Notes: generated from the letters alone by a model not told the origin. 44,932 bases of DNA from Nemertoderma westbladi (GCA_032718475.1 JAUCBJ010007638.1:1-44932); one strand, 5' to 3'; counted from the first letter of the stretch, positions 31,024 to 42,429 are shown. A program made the numbers and translations.

Positions 31024-32283
31024 TGTTCGCGCTTTCGAAGACCTTTAGCAGTTTAACCTGCCAAAATTTATATGTCTTTTCGTTAATTAAAACCACTTTA
31101 GCATACGACAATAATTTATGCTAATACGCAAAACATTAGCCGAAGTCAGCCCATGCGCGATCATTCACCCGATGGATCTACACCCGGGAGACTGAATTCG
31201 GATGCTTGAATTGTATTATTACAGTGTAAGGTTGCAGTGTATACCTAATGTATTATTCGATAGATCGTTAATAATTAATCTCTGACAGCTATTATTGGCT
31301 TTCGGGAAATATTAACAGTTCCTTTAGGACGTGGCGCTTTATCTATTTAAACAGAACTAAGACTTATACTAAACGCAACGATACTGCTTATGATTAAAGT
31401 ATAAAACGTATTCTTTAGGAAATACTTTGTTACCAATCACGATCATACACACTATTCTGCCGACAGTCAGTACATTTGATCACACATAAAGAGAGCAGTA
31501 ATTGACTCACGTAGGGTCTGCTAAATAACATTGGATTCAATACACACCACATTAATATAAATCGCAATTGTTATGTATAGCCGGTCTCTCTAACCTGTAG
31601 TGTTATCAAGAAAATTGGGAATTGGGTGATTTATCCGTATTATCCAAATAGCAATATTTCCATCAACAAATAGGTACAATTAATAACTGACGGTAAAATA
31701 ACAGTACAAACAATATGATTAATGCAATTAAATTAAGTAAGTAAAGTATCAAGGTGAGATGAGTGATTTAAGTCAGTGAGTAGGTAACAGTTTATACTTT
31801 CGATAATTCAAGCAGTTTACGGTACAGCAGTATCTATCCAAAAATGCCGATGTTTCTGGCTTAGACAGCAATAACAACAAAGTATCAAGAAAAAACAGTA
31901 AGACTGAACACTCTCCTTATGATCGGCTGAAAAGCTACACGTCGACAGGAAAAATCGCTCTGATTGGCTCAAGCCAAACAAAGAACCACGAGTCCAATGG
32001 CTGTTTCCATGTCAGCAACCAGCTGTTAGATGTCGTAATATGAATCATCACGGCTAAGCTGTGAAAGGTGGTTGGTGCATTACAGGTTTTTTGCCTTACC
32101 ATGTCCGCTAAAACACGTATATAGCAGAATGATTTTTATGTCCGTTAAAACACCTGTAACGGTACCTTGCGGGCGAGGGGAATATATATACAGTTAGAGA
32201 ACCTTTTAGAGTATTCCAGCGCCTGGGGGGAAACTGGATTGCGAAGCAAAAGGGGCCAGTTATATCCCACAGAAGCTTTTACA
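31024..32283 (-). repeat. 5' LTR (1260 bp)
   Basis: Sense TGTAAAAGC...GCGCGAACA; lies upstream of the minus-strand gag. Confidence 0.96.
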
Positions 32284-33035
32284 AGAACCATCGGCCTATT
32301 TCCTTTGTAAACTATTTTTTAACTCTAAACATTATTACCGGTAACACATTTTAGCACCCGCAACGCATGAAGTGAAGAATATGTAGTCTTAGCGTATTCC
32401 TCTATATAGAGTATACAGGTATAGGATGCATTACTGTTGAAAGCATTTGATGGTTGTGGGTTGTTTATTGAACCTACCGTATGGTCTTATTTTAGTACTG
32501 AACCGCTTGGAATACGTAGGCCTACTAATGATAAACGACGTATAGGCATAGTTGTTATGGCTGTATGGGTAGGACCTACGCGTAGTTATACGTAGCACCT
32601 ACGCGTAGGTCGCGTAGGACCTACGCGTAGCTACGCGTAGCACCTACGCGTAGTTAATGTTAAAACTCTGAAACTGGTGATATATGACCCAATGTTGCGA
32701 ACTACGCGTAGCTACGCGTAGCCCTACGCGTAGGTCGAAAAGATTTATCCACTTTTTATGTATGTATTTCTTCAAACTGTCAGACTGCTGATTTCTGGAC
32801 TGTCAGACAGTTGATTTCAACATGCCTATGCCAAAACATTCAAAATTTGTTGATTTCTGGTCTGTCGGACAGTTGGTTTCACTATGCCTGTGCCAAAACA
32901 TTCCATGATTCCATGATTTATAGACTATGAGATAGAATTCCATATGCGCCTGTGGTAAAAGACTCTAAATTTAATAGTTTGTGGTTGTTGTCGATAATCG
33001 ATTACCACATGACGTAGCAAAACACTCATTTTATA

Positions 33036-33872
33036 GCCAAAAACAATTACCAATTGATGGAAAGGAGCAGGTTAAGGCCGGATTTTCTAACCAAAACAAT
33101 AAACAGTCGTTTTACCAAATCAGGGAAAGGAGCTGGTTACAGAGGCGGGATTTTCTAACCAAAACAATAAACAATCATTTGACTAATTGAGGGAAAGGAG
33201 CGCAGGTTACCGAGACGGGATTTTCTAACCAAAACAATAAACGATAACATTACCAATTGAGAGAAAGGAGCAGTTACAGAGGCGGGATTTTCTAACCAAA
33301 ACAATAAACAGTCTCTTTACCAAATTAGGGAAAGGAGCAGGTTACAGAGACGGGATTTTCTAACCAAAACAATAAACTATAACATTACCAATTGAGAGAA
33401 AGGAGCAGGTTACAGAGGCGGGATTTTCTAACCAAAACAATAAACAGTCACTTTACCAAATCAGGGAAAGGAGCAGGTTACAGAGACGGGATTTTCTAAC
33501 CAAAACAATAAACGATAACATTACCAATTGAAAGAAAGGAGCAGGTTACAGAGGCGGGATTTCCTAACCAAAACAATAAACGATCACTTAACTAATTGAG
33601 GGAAAGGAGCAGGTTACAGAGGTGGGATTTTCTAACCAAAACAATAAACAGTCACTTTACCAAATCAGGGAAAGGAGCAGGTTACAAAGACGGGATTTCC
33701 TAACCAAAACAATAAACGATCACTTAACTAATTGAGGGAAAGGAGCAGGTTACAGAGGCGGGATTTTCTAACCAAAACAATAAACGATCATTTAACTAAT
33801 TGAGGGAAAGGGGCAGGTTACAGACGCGGGGGAAAGGAGCAGGCTACAGAGGTGGGATTTTCTAACCAAAAC
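33036..33872. repeat. 68-bp satellite, about 12 copies
   Basis: Core GAAAGGAGCAGGTTACAGAG.CGGGATTTTCTAACCAAAACAATAAAC. AACCAAAAC recurs at 33089, 33157, 33227, 33294, 33362, 33430, 33498, 33566, 33634, 33702, 33770 and 33864. Confidence 0.96.
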
Positions 33873-35504
33873 GACCGGTCAGCCGTTAGGCCTACCAGTA
33901 CCGTATTTAAATGGTAGGCTACACAGTAGGCCTACAGCAGTACCGGTGCTGGTACCGGTACTAAAATACAGAAATACCTGCTTTATACCTACATCTGTAC
34001 ATACAATACAGAAAAATAGTGCTATATATACTAATACCGTTACTGATAGCCTGAGAGAACAGCAGTAGAGAAACCGGTAGCATGGAACCAACATTTCGAT
34101 TTTTGGAGGACATAAAAAATAATAAAAAAAAGGACAAAAAAAGGATTTAAACGGACAATAAAAATTATTGCGTAACAATGATAAACAACACAATTATAGC
34201 ATTAACATTACGACACGAAGTGACTTATGCACCAGCTAAACTATGAACTAAAAGATTAAGTAAAATTATACACTTCAATAAAACAGTTAAAATCAATATT
34301 AAACGTTACAGATTTCGATCAAATTTTATATATTTTTTAAAATCCACAGTAAGTAATACGAACTGACTGACAAACGGGTTTTTACAGTACGAAGCTATCA
34401 AAAGATAGCTCAATCAATAGATTAATAATTTTTAGAGTAACAGATCACATATCATTTGTGTTAATGTTTCAACCCGGATTGATATTATTTTAACTCGGGT
34501 TGAAATTCAAGAAAAAAATTTTGATCAAAATAAAAATTAACAAAGTAGTGAATTATTTTTGCCACTTTCACCACCGTACACACAATATATATTATTTTAT
34601 GAATATTTTTAATTTTTAAATAACCTCCACTGACATTTCATTACCCAGCAATGCAGCAAAGTCATAGCATGATAAGTTGCTGATAAATTGCTATCTACTG
34701 TAGATCTACTTTAATAATTTTTAATAATTAGTATTTACTAATTATTTTTGTTTGAAAAATCCGCTTTTTCTTGCTAATATTTTAATTTTTGAAATTTAAT
34801 TATCAGACAAAAAGACCTACGTACTACTTAGTCCTATATTAATTTTTATCCTACTCTCTCATATAATTATTACAACGAATTATCGATAGTTTTTCATCAC
34901 ATAGCGAGGGCCCCCCGTGGAATCGAAACGTAGCCTCATGGGTTTATCTTCGATGGCAAATCATGTTCTGATATTATTCAATGTTTTAGAGTCACCGTCA
35001 TCTCCATCACCGACAAGACAGTCCAGGTCTATCTATGTCTTGTCTACAGTATGTTATTTTGCAGTTCATTAACTGAGTAACATATGAACATATATTATTA
35101 TAAACATACAGTACAGACATTTCTAACCTACAGTATTTTATTTTTTTAAAACCATTTTATTTAAGACCATTTTATTTTCAGTAAAGTATTACAATTTTTT
35201 TCTTTTAAATATACAGTACATAGTGAAGACATTTCTAAGTCAGTAATTATTATACTTACACATCTTAATAGTGCTAATGAACTATTAATGGAATCTCTCT
35301 CTCACACTACAGTATCCGATTGAAGGTCTTTTCATTTACTTTTTGCTACTTTTGTTGTTCTGTTTAAAACTGTTTTATTATGTTACCGCTATTGTTCATA
35401 TATTATTGTATAATATTTAGAGTTCAGGGTACTATAATACTACAGTACCGCCATTACACCTACTGCAGAATATTTTTTAAAATTGATTCCCTTTGTTGTA
35501 GAAG

Positions 35505-35600
35505 TTGTGAAGCGAGCCACGCAGTCAGGGCGAGACTTAGCGCACAATTATAATTAGTAAATAGATCAAAACTTCATGTCCGTCTGTCTGGCAGTCTGAC

Positions 35601-35634
<34 letters not shown>

Positions 35635-35830
35635 CCTGTATGTCTGTCTGTGTGTGTGTGTTTGAAAAATTTATTCGTAAATAACCTTTGAAGATCTTAA
35701 CCATTTTCAACAAAATTTTGTATGGGCATACTAGAGAAAAATTACCAATATTTTTGAAAGTTATGGGCAAATACCTCTCGAACTTTTGACTCCAGATCAA
35801 ATCGAACTTGTTTCGAACTTGCTCAAGTTC
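35505..35830 (+). mobile_element. Possible Helentron-associated non-autonomous (DINE/HINE-like) fragment with a (GTCT)n tract
   Basis: Short GC-rich head, (GTCT)n/(GT)n microsatellite at 35577-35662, then AACCATTTTCAACAAAATTTTGTATG, a layout typical of such elements. Ends not defined. Confidence 0.45.
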
Positions 35831-35915
35831 GCGTGCTGCGCGACGCCCACGAACGTGTTCATTCAATGTGCACTCAACTTATATGACAGTAAGTTCGTTC
35901 GTCTGTCTCAATGAT

Positions 35916-36770
35916 GGATAGTTATAAAACCCGAAAAAAACGAAAAAGACGAAATTATTAACGAAAATATCGAAATTATAAAACTTTAAATAAATTCTCG
36001 TTCTCTTTCCATTGAGATCGATATTATTAGAAGGCACACTTTACATTTTTTAATTAAGAAAATCCGATAATTTCGCCCCATTTTCGACCCTAAAAGTAAT
36101 TTAATACCAAATACTGGCTCTGCTGATTGGTTGTTAGGGGTGATCCAAATGATTGCAAAACAGCACAAGATGGCGCTCAAATTAGGACAGTACAGTCAGA
36201 GTGTAGGCCTACTGCAGTTATAGCGACTGCTGGACTGCAATTCTGTAGTTACGTTCACCTGTTCACATCCGCCGCGCCGCGTCACTTGCCTGACAGTCAC
36301 TGTAGGCCTACAGTGCACACCTAGGCCAGGTAGCGCTAAAGGTACCGTATGCCGTAATGCAAACAACATTTCATATGGGAATTACATCGTTGCAGTATTG
36401 GGTTAGGGTACCGGACCGCTTCTTTCAACTTTGCCGCTTCAGGCTGTACCATACCATATGCTTGTACTGTACAGTAATACACCAGTAGGCCCCTATAGGC
36501 TACTGATCTGTTGATGCTGAGTCATTCATCCAAGCTGCCATTATTGGTCAACACCCACCAACCAACCAGTAGACAGTATTTGGTATTAAATTACTTTTAA
36601 GGTCGAAAATGGGGCGAAATTCTCGGATTTTATTAATTAAAAAATGTAAAGTGTGACTTCTAATTATACTCATCTTATTGGAAAGCGAGATTTTGTAGAT
36701 TGTTTGATAATTTTGATATTTTCGCTGATAAATTCGTCTTTTTCGTTATTTTCGGGTTTTATAACTATCC
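35916..36770. mobile_element. Non-autonomous MULE with about 230-bp TIRs, 855 bp
   Basis: GGATAGTTATAAAACCCGAAAA...TTTTCGGGTTTTATAACTATCC with long imperfect inverted arms. Perfect 9-bp TSD CTCAATGAT (35907-35915, 36771-36779). Confidence 0.92.
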
Positions 36771-37019
36771 CTCAATGATTGGTCGACACTATGTCAGCAA
36801 CAGCGAAGTAAATTTTTTGAAATTTGGTGAGGCGCTAAAATATCACTTCGTCTAGGCTAAGAATCTCCGCCATTAATTTTGATAAAACTTTCACAGAATG
36901 ACCTATGAAATGTTCTCAATTAAAGGAGAAAATTTAGGGTGCCGTGAAATTTCACGGTCCACCGCTAGGTGGTGCTAAATATCCAATCGTCACACCCTCC
37001 AATAGTCCAACCTCCAATA

Positions 37020-38845
37020 GTAACTTTACTGGAATTAAATTATAACAGTGCAACAAATGACAATTTCCCTACTAGTTAATTAAGTTGGTGGCTGAGCCAT
37101 TATCACACCATCTTTATTTTATTATTAACTTATCTTTCTCGACTGGATACTTTCCAGACTCATTGAAATCCGCATTGGTAATAGCGAGCTTTAAAGGAGG
37201 GGACCCTTTTAGATTCAAATTATAGACCAATATCATTACTGCTTATTTTTAGTAAAATATATGAGCAAATTATATATACGCAGCTACAGTCCTACTTAGA
37301 GCACTTTTCTATTTTCTATTAAGCCAATTTGGATTTCGGATAAAAATTTCCACATCCTCAGCTATTCTAACTGTCACAGAAAAAATTAGGCATGTTCTCG
37401 ATACTAAAACATCTAGTTGTGCAGTGTTCATTGACCTTAAAAAACGTTCGACACTTTGAACCATAAAATATTATTCAAAAAATTGGAAACGTATGGTATA
37501 CGAGGGTTTTTTGACCAATCGATCACAAACTGTCTCATCAAATAGAACTATAAATTCCCCCAGCTTGAATCTCTACTGCGGAACTCCACAAGGGTTTGTG
37601 TTATCTCCTTTATTATTCCTTTTATATGTTAATGATCTGCCCATGGCCAGTAATTTATTAACGACACTTTTCGTAGATGACACGACACGTCTAAACTCTC
37701 ACAGTAACTTACAGCTACTTATTTCAACTACTAACAACGAACTTGATAGAATTGCTGATTGGCTCATAGACAATCGTTTAATACTGAATCTGAAAAAATC
37801 TGAACATTCAATATTTTCTAATATAGAAAAAAACGGCTCCCCCAAGGTTAATATAAAAATAATGAAATTAAACAAGTGAAGCATACCAAATTTCTAGGAG
37901 TATATAGATGAAAATTTAAACTGGAAACCGCACATCAGCCATATTTTAAACAATAAAAATATCGAAATCATCCGCGGCTTGTTTTATAAATTAACACACA
38001 TATTTCCTTTTGAGATTCTACGTACCGGTATGCTTTACTATTCATTGATTCATCCATATATAAATTATGAGATTCTACCCTGGGGTACAGCTTGTAAGTC
38101 TGTTTGTTCTCCGTCCGCTTAGAATAAAACTGAACAAAATACTTAGATGTATAACATTTAGTGATTCGCGAGCCTCTTCAGTGCCAATTTATAAAAATCC
38201 AAAAATTTTACCGGTTAACTTACTATTTGAATTTGACCTAGGCCAACTACTTTACGATGTGTCCAATAATCCTAAAACTCACCCACTATCACACTTATTT
38301 TCCAAATGTTCAGACTTCCACAGTTATTATACCCGATCGTCGAATCAAGGTCATTTTATAGTACCTCTAACTCATTTAAATGTTGCGCATCAATCTATAA
38401 GTGTATCTGGTCCTATTTTCTGGAATGCGCTACCGAATAACATCTGTAAGGCTAAAATAAACAAATTTTTAAAATCCTCCTTAAAAAGTATCTGATAGAC
38501 CATATAACCTGAATTAAACGGCAAATTTAATCATGATTTGAGTTTCTTTTTAAATTCCGCTGTATCCTATTATCTGCGAATTTCCGTAAAAGAATTCGAA
38601 CATGACACATGTTGATAGCATTATATTTAATTTAATATCTACGTACAGTACTTTCCTATTATAGTCAGTTGGTGAAATGGTAGCCTCGACTAGCCCTAAG
38701 CTATTGTAACCATCCCACAAACACCCTACATCAGCTCAATAAAATTTCAAAGTAAAAATAATATTCACACTTTCACACAATGTCATTATTACTTTCACTT
38801 TCATTGTATTCATCGCTGGTGGTGGGGTTTCAATAAAACTTGAAA
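37020..38845 (+). mobile_element. Decayed 5'-truncated CR1/L2-group LINE (RT pseudogene)
   Basis: Across frameshifts: NYRPISLL, QFGFR, AVFIDL, FDTLNHKIL, GTPQGFVLSPLLFLLYVNDLP, LFVDDTT, KFLGV, DENLNWKPHI, HSYYTRSS, GPIFWNALP. 3' AATAAAACTTGAA at about 38832. Confidence 0.88.
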
Positions 38846-38872
38846 GAAATTTTAGAATTATGAGAAAATATA

Positions 38873-38924
<52 letters not shown>
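38873..38924. repeat. (AATC)13 microsatellite
   Basis: Perfect 52-nt tetranucleotide run. Confidence 0.98.
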
Positions 38925-38925
<1 letters not shown>

Positions 38926-39307
38926 GTGAGTAAATATCCGCCATTATTAACCTATTATAGCAATGATAAAGCGAGACAATATTGCAAAATTCTAATTTTT
39001 TTAATTTTAAAATCCTATTGTATCCTGTTTATCATTGCTTTAAATTATTAATTATTTTACAGTAGATAATAATTTCATTAATGATTAACGATGCGACGTC
39101 GAAAGAGACAAGTGACGTTTTAATAAGAGATAATAGTATTACATTTTATATAGAAGGGAGTAAATATCTTTTGAAATGCTGTTAAAATTGCTGTTTTGGT
39201 TTTTTATTTTTCAATTAGGGAAAAAGGTATTCTATTTCATATAAGTAAAAGTATGCTTCGAAAACTGATAGATTGTTGACTTGAAACTAATAATGAACCT
39301 GTCTTTA

Positions 39308-39718
39308 GGGGTGACTACAAAACAAAGACCAAAGACCCAAATAATAAAGACCTGTTCAAAACTCATATGTTAACTTGCGTTTATTGTTTTGGTTCCCCCA
39401 ACACGCCTCTGTAACCTGCTCCTTCACTAAACTGCTCCTTTAAATGACAATGGGACCTAACGCTCATAACGCAATAGGACCTATCGCTCTTCGGGCCCTA
39501 ACGCTCTTTGGGACGTATCGCGACTTTACCTCTTTGTTTTGTACAGGTCCCAAAGAGCGTTAGGTACCAGTGCCATTTAAAGGTGCAGGTTAGTAAAGGA
39601 GCATATGCTACAGAGGCGTGTTGGGGGAACCAAAACAATAAACGAAAGTCAACACATGTTACAATATTATGCAGGTCTTTATTATTTGGGTATCTGGTCT
39701 TTGTTTTGTAGTCACCCC
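39308..39718. mobile_element. Foldback MITE, almost entirely palindromic (about 410 bp)
   Basis: GGGGTGACTACAAAACAAAGACCA...AAATAATAAAGACCTG is inverted at 39672-39718, and the arms continue inward imperfectly for about 170-190 bp. The flanking duplication reads as TTTA (4 bp) or CTTTAG (6 bp). Confidence 0.85.
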
Positions 39719-40718
39719 TTTAGACTGGGTAGTTTTTATCTAAAGCTGAGGCCGTCAAAAACATGATGGATGTGTCTGGTGCACCGAGACCCAGATTTTA
39801 ATCCGCCATCTAGCAGAAGCGCTCGTCGAAAAGCGGGATGGCATGCATGAAAGGGGTCTCGCCCTCGCGTGTGGGGGGGGGGGGGGGTTCCTTCGCACTC
39901 CTTCGCTCTAGCTCCCTCTGCTTGCGTGGGGGTCGACGATCTTGGCGTGGCCTACTGTAGGGTTCGGTGACGGTGACGGTGCGGCGTGCGGGGCTTCAAT
40001 CCGGCCGGGCAGTTCTATACCAGAGACATACCAATGTTGTTATCCTTGCGACGATGTACTACTGTACAGTACGATGAGATTCAGGGAGGAGTGATTTCTG
40101 TTAGCTTCGATTAACAAATAAACTAAATACAACTTTAACTCTAGACTAAATAATGTACAGTAATTTAATTGTTTCAACAATATGCTATTATTTATTTCAT
40201 TATTTGTTTTCAATAATAACGCGTCCGTATTTGTGTCTTATTTATGTGTATGTATGTATAACCACCAAAGGGCTTTTACCACTTGCATTTATTGAAAAAT
40301 TGTAAACGCGACTATTTAATCAAGTATGAAGTTGAGAACGCTGTGATATGTGCGATATTCGAAAAATTTGCATATTATTATTAACATTATGGAACGTGAA
40401 ATTAAATACCTACAACTACACTTTGACAGCTGAACAACATTTCGCTAATTATTGTTTGTTCTATAATTATTATTATTGATTATAATTATACTTATTATTG
40501 TTTTAATTTGTTCTATATGTCACTATTTATATTTACATACAGAAATAACATTATCAATTAGTCAGTCAGATAATTTAGTTGCAGTAGTTATGTGTAGATC
40601 GGATATCAGGGTATTTGGATTTTTTTGAGAATTAGAGGATAGTGGTTTCGTCTGCAAAGTGTATACATTTTTTTAGAGGCCTCTGGACAAAGGCCATTGG
40701 TCTCTGGCCGGAGGCTAT

Positions 40719-42235
40719 TGTAAAAGCCTTTGCTGAATTGCCCCGTTATTTTTATTATTTTTTACATTAAAATACTCTGTAGTTGATTTAATAGGTGTAA
40801 GAGACCGTATTATTGCTGTATCGGTGTTTTTAGAGGATCTAAGAGCTATTTCCTCCGTATGTGTACTGTGGAAGGCATAGTTGATGATTCTATGGCAATT
40901 CCGTGACGCAAAAGGTGATAGCTACTCTTGAACAGTAGTTACTATGACGACGGTTAACAGCTGATATTCATACGTGTCGATTTTCTTTGTTCTACAGCGT
41001 CTCTCAGTTCAGTCAGCCAATCAGAGCATTTTTATGGCTCTTGTACAGAAATTTCCTAGAAATCACGTAATGCTTTATGTGCAGTGTTTACATTCTGTCC
41101 TGAGCCAGGAGAGAGCGGCTTGGGAATATTTTGTGCTTTTCTGTTTTAGCCTAACACTAGTAGGCTTAATTATAAGGACATATATCCGTTATCTGATTGT
41201 CTCAAACCAAACCTTACTTACTGACACTGCATACTGTGTAACACTGAGCATACTTTATATTGTTATACTGCTATTTACTGTCGGTCCTTCATAATATGGT
41301 TGATGAATTATTATATTTGGAATAACGAGAAATAACCCCGAAACCCAATATTCTTGATATACCGAAGGTAAGAGAGAAAGGTTACATATAACGATTGTGA
41401 CTTATGTTAAAGTGGTTTGAAGTGAATCTAATGTTATTTGATAGACCCTACAAGATTCGGTCTGTGTTCCTTTTATATGTGACTAAAATCAGTGAAGATC
41501 GGCAGATTAGTGTGCAGTATTGTGCAGCATTGTGTATGAGTGAGACTGATAACGAAGCATTTCCTAAAGAATGCGCCATATATGTGAATTATAACTAAGC
41601 CATATCGTTGTGAGTAGTTTAAGTCATAACTCTGTTTATATAGATAGAGCGCCACGTCCTAAAGGAACTGTTAATATTCCCCGAAGGTGAATAATATTGT
41701 CAGAGATTATATAATACTGTCAGTCGAATAATACTTTAGGCTTACATAGCAATAAGATTAAGCCGTCGAACCCAATCTCCCGGGTATATCCAGCGGGTGA
41801 ATGATCGCGCACAGATTGGTTTCGACTAGTGTAGTGAATCAAATACTTGTCAGAGGCTAAAAGCAATTTATTATCTAAAAGACATCTTAATTTGGCGGGT
41901 TAAGCTGCCAAAGGTCTGAAAGCGTGAACAATAACTCTGTTTATATAGATAGAGTGCCACGTCCTAAAGGAACTGTTAATATTCCCCGAAGGTGAATAAT
42001 ATTGTCAGAGATTATATAATACTGTCAGTCGAATAATACTTTAGGCTTACATAGCAATAAGATTAAGCCGTCGAACCCAATCTCCCGGGTATATCCAGCG
42101 GGTGAATGATCGCGCACAGATTGGTTTCGACTAGTGTAGTGAATCAAATACTTGTCAGAGGCTAAAAGCAATTTATTATCTAAAAGACATCTTAATTTGG
42201 CGGGTTAAACTGCCAAAGGTCTGAAAGCTCGAACA
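40719..42235 (+). repeat. 5' LTR of element 2 (1517 bp including a 305-bp tandem duplication of its 3' end)
   Basis: TGTAAAAGC start and GCTCGAACA end, by homology to the element 1 LTR. 41626-41930 and 41931-42235 are near-identical copies. The partner LTR is outside the window. Confidence 0.8.
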
Positions 42236-42246
42236 ATAACGGATAT
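42236..42246 (+). promoter_or_regulatory. Non-tRNA primer-binding site of element 2, complementary to own LTR
   Basis: ATAACGGATAT starts at the first nt after the LTR and is the exact reverse complement of ATATCCGTTAT at 41182-41192. Confidence 0.75.
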
Positions 42247-42313
42247 TGCTTCTTTATTGCAGTAAGCAATAAAGTTGAAAGTACCGGTCAACCGGTAAAC
42301 CTGAACGGTACAT

Positions 42314-42429
42314 CTGTAGGTCAGTAGGCCCAACTGCCAGAACCGGTACTGCCGTAGGTCCGTAGGTCCAACTGCCAGAACCGGTACTTCTGTAGGTCCG
42401 TAGGCCCAACTGTCCTAACCGGTACTTCC
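42314..42429. repeat. 38-bp tandem repeat, 3 copies
   Basis: GTAGGTC.GTAGG.CCAACTG.C..AACCGGTACT starting at 42316, 42354 and 42392. Confidence 0.9.

Larger units (their letters stand above)
19838..32283 (-). mobile_element. BEL/Pao LTR retrotransposon, non-autonomous (Gag-PR only), 12446 bp, very recent insertion
   Basis: Two 1260-bp direct repeats with TGT...ACA ends, 5-bp TSD AGAAC (19833-19837, 32284-32288), and an internal BEL-type gag/protease ORF. Confidence 0.96.
19135..32750. mobile_element. Foldback/MULE-like non-autonomous element (about 1165 bp when empty) hosting the LTR retrotransposon
   Basis: TIRs GG(G/A)TAAATCTTTTCGACCTACGCGTAGG.CTACGCGTAGCTACGCGTAG. Arrays of the palindrome CTACGCGTAG at 19151-19371 and 32576-32733. 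9-bp TSD ACTTTTTAC (19126-19134) / ACTTTTTAT (32751-32759), one mismatch. Confidence 0.85.

Noticed and set aside
33036-33872. CRISPR-like array (constant repeat plus variable spacer)
   Set aside because: The variable segments are related to each other and recur in three subtypes, there are no cas genes, and the context is eukaryotic; it is a satellite.
19017-34160. Outer hAT-like element enclosing the MULE/LTR nest (TTTTTTATGTCC motifs at about 19023 inverted at about 34108)
   Set aside because: Inverted motif similarity exists, but I could not find matching termini or a TSD.
38860-39051. ORF with QSIN repeats; likewise 35537-35866 with RQTD repeats
   Set aside because: Translations of (AATC)n and (GTCT)n microsatellites.
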